From the NCBI GenBank assembly GCA_964409225.1, contig CAYPCM010000002.1:413-64412 (forward strand): 64,000 bases of DNA, in the 5' to 3' direction. Shown one piece after another: positions 58,785 to 64,000 of the stretch. The position numbers and the translations under genes were made by a program. The notes below the pieces were generated by a model. It saw only the letters and a list, made by a program, of their open reading frames with translations, was not told where the DNA came from and made no database searches. The DNA comes from an uncultured Candidatus Saccharibacteria bacterium (GTDB lineage Bacteria; Patescibacteriota; Minisyncoccia; JACPXH01). The first letter of the stretch is position 1. Each line of letters opens with the position of its first letter.

Positions 58785-59725
58785 TACATCCTCCTTGCGC
58801 CTTGCGCAAAAGGGTTGGGGTCAAAGAGCCATCCCGCCAGATCGAACCTCTCGTGAGATTCCCTCTGGCAGGACCCCGAGTTTGAGTATGATTATGTATG
58901 AGTGCAACTCGGGGCTGACTTACTTTTGGAAGGATCCAACCTTCGTGCCTTATATCGGGCTTGGGCTTGATCGCGTACCGGCTGCGTGATTGCAGACCGG
59001 AGGACTTCTGTGCGATCAGGTCTTCCCTCCGAACTTCGGCACGGGCGCAGGCGCGCCGGATGCGGATGGCCGAGCCTACTGCCGAGATCGAACGACCTCG
59101 AGCACCCGCCCGTCTCGCAGCAGATAGTGGAGGATCAACTTCCCTCCCTCTACCAGCTGTCCGACAAAGCGGATCAGCCCGGCCTTCTCGAGAGCTTCGA
59201 GCAGTTCCTTCATCCTCTCTTAGTACCGAGGGGCACCAGGAGAGGACGAGGGACGCTCCGCGTTTTCGAGAACTTTCCAGACACCTTTCCAAAAATGTAG
59301 GGGCCTTATCCTTGACGCTTTTCAGCGCCGAGGATCCTCGGTGTGGTGCGGATCGTCGGATTACCGACTGCCGCACCCAAGGCCCTTACGTTTCTGTCAA
59401 CGTGCTATTTTATTCTTTCATTATATCACCAACACTTCTACTTGTCAATAGTTTCTGGCATTTGTAAACCGAAAAGGCTGTTTTTTGGCTTTCCAGCTTA
59501 ACTTTATGTATTGCTCAGAAACCCATTCGCATTCTGACACCATTCGCAAAGAGACCCAGACCCCTCTTTTCCTGGGCCTCTCCACGAAAGAGAGGCCTTT
59601 GGCTTTGCCGCTATCCTTCCGGCAAAACCCATTGTGTTTGGCTTTGCATTGAGGCCAATACCGATGGTGTTGAAAGCCTATGCCAAGCCATTTTCTGTCC
59701 CGAATCGCGCCGCTTTGGCACAGTA

Positions 59726-59762
59726 AAAGCGGCAGGCCCGTTCGGGCCTCCCGCTTTTCGGG
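59726..59762. terminator. bidirectional intrinsic terminator (aaaagcggcaggcccgttcgggcctcccgctttt) inside ~520-bp AT-rich island
   Basis: stem-loop flanked by A-tract upstream and T-tract downstream. Confidence 0.5.
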
Positions 59763-60099
59763 AGTCAACTAATGTTGACGTCGCTATTATACTCGCCGAA
59801 AATATTTTGTCAAGAGGTTATGACACTTACGCAGGCACCCCTATTAATTCTTGCTTTTATAGAGCCAAAAATATGGGCATCTCACTTTGCCGAATTCTTC
59901 TAACTATTCAATTCATTTCCAAATTGTCCAATACCATTGACAACTCGTCCACAGTATGATAACATTACAGCGTTAGTTCTTCCTGCTCCGGCACATCGGG
60001 CCACGGGCTGTTACGCCCAAACAGGCCGCCGGAGCGTGCAGCGGTAGTTCCTCGCCGCAGCCAGCCGCCAGCCGACTGGCTGCATGAAAGGAGGTGAAC

Positions 60100-60228
60100 A
60101 TGATGGCTGGAGTTTTTTCGACGGTGTCAACAAGCGGAACTGCCAACGGCATCGGGGCGGGCGTCGCCCCAACGATCCGTCGGCGGTTCACGGTCCCGAG
60201 AGTTGCTCACTGCGGCCTCGGGGCCTGA
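60100..60228 (+). CDS. small ORF (42 aa, MMAGVFSTVSTSGTANGIGAGVAPTIRRRFTVPRVAHCGLGA) with strong SD GAAAGGAGGTGAAC
   Basis: manual translation; below ORF-track threshold. Confidence 0.3.
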   Translation: MMAGVFSTVSTSGTANGIGAGVAPTIRRRFTVPRVAHCGLGA

Positions 60229-60465
60229 CGCGGCCCGGGCGCACGACGGCAGGATGATCGCGCACGGATGCGCGCCCGGGCAGCGGAAAATCGACGTCCT
60301 TCGTGTTTTGGCCCGCGACCTTTCGGTCGCGGGCCACTTCTATGGTGTATACAGCAGCGTTCTGGAGGGATTGCGCCTCGCCGGCCCTACCCGCCGTCTC
60401 TGCTATTACTATGTATCGATACACAGTAACGTGCGGGGACGAACGCGCCCCACACCACTCTTAAC

Positions 60466-61197
60466 TCATGATGATAATCGATCCCACAGCGCGTTGAATA
60501 CCTGCCGAAGGCTCGTCGCCAGATCAGCTGATTCAATAATGACGCCGCTGGGTTTTTCTCTGTATGAAATCATCGCAATTTTGTCGCCGTAAACGTTAAT
60601 CTCGCCGGAAAGCGCATACCGGTCAGCCGGCAGTTCACGGTACTCGCCGCCGAGAGGCTTATTGCCTTGCTTGGACGTGTAGAGTGTGCGCACTTTCACC
60701 TTCGCGATCAAGCGGTGGCGCTCGTCATTCGCGGCAGGCGGAAGAAGCGCAAATGCTTCATCCGGCGCGCCGAACGTAACAAGTTCATCGACGCGACTCT
60801 TCACGACATCTCGCCGGACTGCCTCAATACTCTCGCGCCCCTCAAAAAACCTTACCCTTGGTTTTACGCCCGCCCGATTGAAAATCGCCTGCAATTCCGG
60901 CAGCGCCGAGACAAACTCTTTCTCTTTCGCTTTAATCTCCTCTTCCTGTAGCCGGAATAATCGCAAGAGTGCTTCGGGATTTTCTGCCGCGTAGTGCGTC
61001 TTTTTGCCCTTCTCCACCGTGCTTACGATTCCCTGTTTCATAAGGGAGTCCAAAATCACGTAGGTCGTGGCGCGGTTCACGCCGGATTTTTGCGCGATCT
61101 CCTGCACCGGCCCTTCGCCGATTTCCAAAAGCGCCACATACACTTTCGCCTCTTTATCCGAGAGGCCTAATTTTTTGAGTTCGAGTTCAAGGGCCAT
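60466..61197 (-). CDS. TrmB-family transcriptional regulator
   Basis: N-terminal HTH LKKLGLSDKEAKVYVALLEIGEGPVQEIAQKSGVNRATTYVILDSLMKQGIV. Confidence 0.8.
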   Translation of the reverse strand: MALELELKKLGLSDKEAKVYVALLEIGEGPVQEIAQKSGVNRATTYVILDSLMKQGIVSTVEKGKKTHYAAENPEALLRLFRLQEEEIKAKEKEFVSALPELQAIFNRAGVKPRVRFFEGRESIEAVRRDVVKSRVDELVTFGAPDEAFALLPPAANDERHRLIAKVKVRTLYTSKQGNKPLGGEYRELPADRYALSGEINVYGDKIAMISYREKPSGVIIESADLATSLRQVFNALWDRLSS

Positions 61198-62131
61198 AGG
61201 GTTTGCTGCGCGCGTCAATTTCCGCCTGCATTTTCTCTTGCCACTTGTCAGGGGTGTGCACGACGCGCGTGGCGCCGATCGCCAAAAGTCCGCCCTTTGT
61301 GTTTACCCTCTCGGTGATCGGCTTCCAGTGCTGCGCGATGAGGCGTTCGCGCTCACCTACGGAAACGCGCTGGCTCGGCGGCAGTTTGAACACTTCGTCT
61401 GCCTGCTCCGGGGAAACTAACCAGTCGGGAAGATCAACGAAATAAGCGGCATTGCCAACCCGCGGATTCTCGAGCGCGATGCAACGCGGGAAAAAGGCGC
61501 CACGGTAGCCGGTGAAGCCGTCTTTTGAGTTCACAAACCCGAACAGCACCTGCGGCTGACGCTCAACGAACTCGAGCCGTGCCAAATCAACTCGCGGCTG
61601 CTCCGGCTCTGCAGATCGCTCACGCTGCTCTCTCGTTGAATCTTGTTCTTTTGGAGGAACGCCGACGTCCTGCTCTGGGATAATGCCCAAATCGGTCTTG
61701 TGCCAGAAATCGAGGTTGATGCGTTCGACCGTGCGGAGAATTTCTTTCGCAATGGCCTCGCGCGCTAAACCGAGCTCGCGCGGCACTTCTCCCGACATGC
61801 GGCCGTTCTCGCCAATGCTCCAAGTGGTGTGCCGCTCTTGACCCTTGTCGCCGCGGTAAAAGACGGTGGCGTAGAGCAGCTTCGGTTCGGGCTTGTGCTC
61901 ACCGTCCTTCTCTGGCGGCGCAGTAAAAGGAATGATCGATACTGATTCAGTTGGCGCGGCGGTGCCGGAAAAATTGCCGGCTGAAACCTGATCAAACTTG
62001 CCTTGTAGCACCGAATCAAACATGCCGCGCACTTCTTGACGCTTTTTCTCCTTTTGTTGCTCCGCGGCTTGAGCCTTCAGCACACGGCCCATATCCTGAA
62101 AGTTTTTAATCTTAGGTTTTTCGAAGTCCAT
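61187..62131 (-). CDS. hypothetical protein (314 aa), overlaps trmB-like start by 11 nt
   Basis: ORF, operon coupling. Confidence 0.6.
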   Translation of the reverse strand: MDFEKPKIKNFQDMGRVLKAQAAEQQKEKKRQEVRGMFDSVLQGKFDQVSAGNFSGTAAPTESVSIIPFTAPPEKDGEHKPEPKLLYATVFYRGDKGQERHTTWSIGENGRMSGEVPRELGLAREAIAKEILRTVERINLDFWHKTDLGIIPEQDVGVPPKEQDSTREQRERSAEPEQPRVDLARLEFVERQPQVLFGFVNSKDGFTGYRGAFFPRCIALENPRVGNAAYFVDLPDWLVSPEQADEVFKLPPSQRVSVGERERLIAQHWKPITERVNTKGGLLAIGATRVVHTPDKWQEKMQAEIDARSKPYGP

Positions 62132-62286
62132 AGAAAGTTTTCTGTTTACTCGTTTTTACTCCATGATACCCACATGATACCAGATTTTGTACACGCAACG
62201 GAAACATAACGACACAAACAGAGAAGCAGACCGTCCGAAAACGCAAAATTTAGTCTTCGAGCTTGTCGAGAAGCCTAAATTTTGGC

Positions 62287-62394
62287 TTACCTATATCGGT
62301 GCTTCTCGCCTCTGCTCGAACAATAACGAGTTTTCGAACAGCCTGGGCAAGCCCTACCGCTGAACACACCTAACCACACCAGCCCAGGATTCAC
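62287..62394 (-). CDS. possible small Cys-containing peptide (35 aa, GTG start, SD GGAGGGAGGGG supplied by repeat copy g)
   Basis: manual translation (M)NPGLVWLGVFSGRACPGCSKTRYCSSRGEKHRYR. Confidence 0.2.
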   Translation of the reverse strand: MNPGLVWLGVFSGRACPGCSKTRYCSSRGEKHRYR

Positions 62395-62480
62395 AAAGAA
62401 CCCCTCCCTCCGCCAGAATCTTTGATGACTGCAATTCCCGAAAACTCTGGTGGAGGGGCGAGGAGACCTCCGCGCTCCTC
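62395..62480. repeat. structured repeat family copy g (cctccgccagaatc...aaactctggtggaggggcgaggagacctccgcgctcctcgccc)
   Basis: read directly. Confidence 0.45.
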
Positions 62481-62489
62481 GCCCATGCT

Positions 62490-62972
62490 TTAGCCGCAGT
62501 TCGGCGTCCGCTCGTGCGGCGCCATTGCGTCCGGCGCGCCGCAGTTGCACGGACGCGCCTTACTCTCCTCGGGGACAGGCACAAAATACTCCTCCCGATG
62601 GAGAATAAAAGTAACAAGGCTGCGGGCGGCCCGTTCGGCGGCCGCGTAGAACTCGGCATGGGCGTTGTGCTCTCCATTTCGCCGCCCGTTGAAATAGCCT
62701 ATTGCGATGCCGCGCAGCACGGCCTCCGCAGCCAGCTCGGAACTGAAGAAGCACCGATAAGCTCCCTCGAATGGGGGCAGTTCATCGAGCCGATAGTTTT
62801 CGGTTTTGCCGTCAAACGGGGAGGCGATGGTTATCTCCCCGGAGGAAGAAAGAGTTGTGTATGGCCACCCTTTCTCCCTAAAAAGACCTTCTTCCACCGC
62901 AATGAGTTCGCGGGTCTCAACCCTATTGGAGGAACTAAATTCCGCCTCGTAGACAACCCTTTTTTCATTCAT
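62490..62972 (-). CDS. hypothetical protein with C-terminal Cys cluster (CNCG...PNCG)
   Basis: ORF. Confidence 0.55.
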   Translation of the reverse strand: MNEKRVVYEAEFSSSNRVETRELIAVEEGLFREKGWPYTTLSSSGEITIASPFDGKTENYRLDELPPFEGAYRCFFSSELAAEAVLRGIAIGYFNGRRNGEHNAHAEFYAAAERAARSLVTFILHREEYFVPVPEESKARPCNCGAPDAMAPHERTPNCG

Positions 62973-63215
62973 GGCTGGAGTCCTCCGTCCCGTGTCCCGA
63001 TGCTATCGGGACAAAACCGAATCTTCCTCCCGGCGGCGTATGCCTTCTCCTGACGCTCGTCAGGATACCGAGATGTATTTCGCCGCACGCGGCCTTCGCA
63101 ACGCGCCACCCGGCGCGCTTCTCGTTTCAAAGAACTTCCACCTGCACGACCCGCGCCTCCCTCGCGAGCCCTGTTGGTGGGCCGAGCGTGCGAGCTCGGC
63201 CGATCATCCTCCTTT

Positions 63216-63821
63216 TTAGTTTGCGCCCGGACCGGCGATGTCCGAGACGATCTCGACGGCCCGACGGATCTTCCCCTCGATGCCCTGCTGACATCCGAGG
63301 AAGTACCACCGCGGACGCGCCCGCCAGGCCTCCCGCAGCCCATATTCCCGATTCGCGGCCTCCTCGACGCTCTCGAACCGGATGTCGTTGCCAGCCTTGC
63401 CGTACAGCTCCGGCTGACCGGTCGCGAGCGATTCGAGGTGGATCACGGCCGCATACCGCTCGTACTCCGCGGCCGGATTCACGCCGTAGCGTCGGCTGAA
63501 CTCGGCGAGCCCGCCCGGGGTATACGCTGCGCCGTCGAGCACCCCGCGATCGCACAGAAGCAGCCAGGCGCCGTTCGCCAGCGCCGTGAGCTCCCAAGCG
63601 CGCTCAAGCGACCGCTGCAGTCCGACGAGCGCTGCCTGGAACGTCTCCTGCCATTCCGGCGACCAGGGCAAGTCGCAGCCCGGCACCGGAAACCCTCCGT
63701 TGAGGAGCATGGTCGCGCCCTCCGGAACCACGAGCGCCGCTCCTGCGAACTTCTCCTTGAGCACCGCGAGCACGGTGCTCTTGCCCCCGCAGGGGCCGCC
63801 GGTGATTACGATTTTTTTCAA
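63216..63821 (-). CDS. P-loop NTPase (AAA_28-like predicted ATPase/kinase)
   Basis: Walker A ITGGPCGGKST at N-terminus, Walker B-like LLLCDRG. Confidence 0.75.
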   Translation of the reverse strand: MKKIVITGGPCGGKSTVLAVLKEKFAGAALVVPEGATMLLNGGFPVPGCDLPWSPEWQETFQAALVGLQRSLERAWELTALANGAWLLLCDRGVLDGAAYTPGGLAEFSRRYGVNPAAEYERYAAVIHLESLATGQPELYGKAGNDIRFESVEEAANREYGLREAWRARPRWYFLGCQQGIEGKIRRAVEIVSDIAGPGAN

Positions 63822-64000
63822 GGCCGCTCCCTCCTTGCGCTCACGGCTTTGCGCCGGGCGCGTTTGGGTTACTTGGCCGCGTTGGGGTTTCCCCCGTTTG
63901 TCGAAGAACTTTCAGAACCATTCGCAAGGCTTGCGACGATCTCGTCGTCACAACTCTTGCGATTGCTTCACGCTCTTTTATGGAATGCTCTCGACTCGGC

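Noticed and set aside
59445-59768. 107-aa ORF on the minus strand in the AT-rich island
   Set aside because: It reads through a strong terminator hairpin, lacks a ribosome-binding site and has odd composition. It is mentioned only in the findings.

Overview
This is a bacterial chromosomal window, about 60% GC with short AT-rich intergenic promoter regions. The gene content resembles a small-genome CPR/Patescibacteria-like organism: sigma-70 region-4 protein, TraD-like ATPase, COG3298 exonuclease, DUF433, many small ORFs. I did not detect any rRNA, tRNA or classical CRISPR array.

Housekeeping genes identified from motifs include an ROK kinase, efp, an ECF sigma factor, secDF, a short RelA/SpoT, a P-type ATPase, murC, murB, secA, a spermidine-synthase-like protein, hpf, nfo, sodA, a NitT/TauT-type ABC transporter and TelA. 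Accessory content includes:
- a TraD/VirD4-like ATPase with a membrane partner;
- an intact RelE/Phd toxin-antitoxin pair, plus orphan DUF433 and HicB antitoxins;
- frameshifted GIY-YIG and PIN genes;
- two paralogous periplasmic-binding-domain::OmpA fusion proteins flanking a VWA lipoprotein;
- a small-ORF island at 53-58 kb.

The standout region is 32.8-38.3 kb. It holds about 20 tandem units of roughly 125 bp. Read on the minus strand, each unit is a variable ~60-nt body, then an invariant GCACGG, then a GC hairpin whose sequence differs between units but whose structure is conserved, then often a U-tract. Several units carry their own TTGACA/extended -10 promoters. The units flank a DinG/XPD-like Fe-S helicase gene and a small Cas7-like RAMP gene. 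I interpret this as a possible novel DinG-associated, individually transcribed guide/small-RNA array, reminiscent of a type IV system. This is inference, not demonstrated.

Other notable signals:
- an identical 36-bp perfect palindrome containing TGATATAAT, present twice 7.8 kb apart;
- a modular MITE-like structured repeat family (CCACCAAAACC...TTTGGTGG(G/A)AGG), eight or more copies in 54.7-62.5 kb, that can sequester Shine-Dalgarno sequences;
- a candidate ~560-nt ncRNA bracketed by two terminators;
- a 7-mer microsatellite inside secA;
- an ~520-bp AT-rich island.

Coordinates of small elements are approximate, to within about 5 nt.
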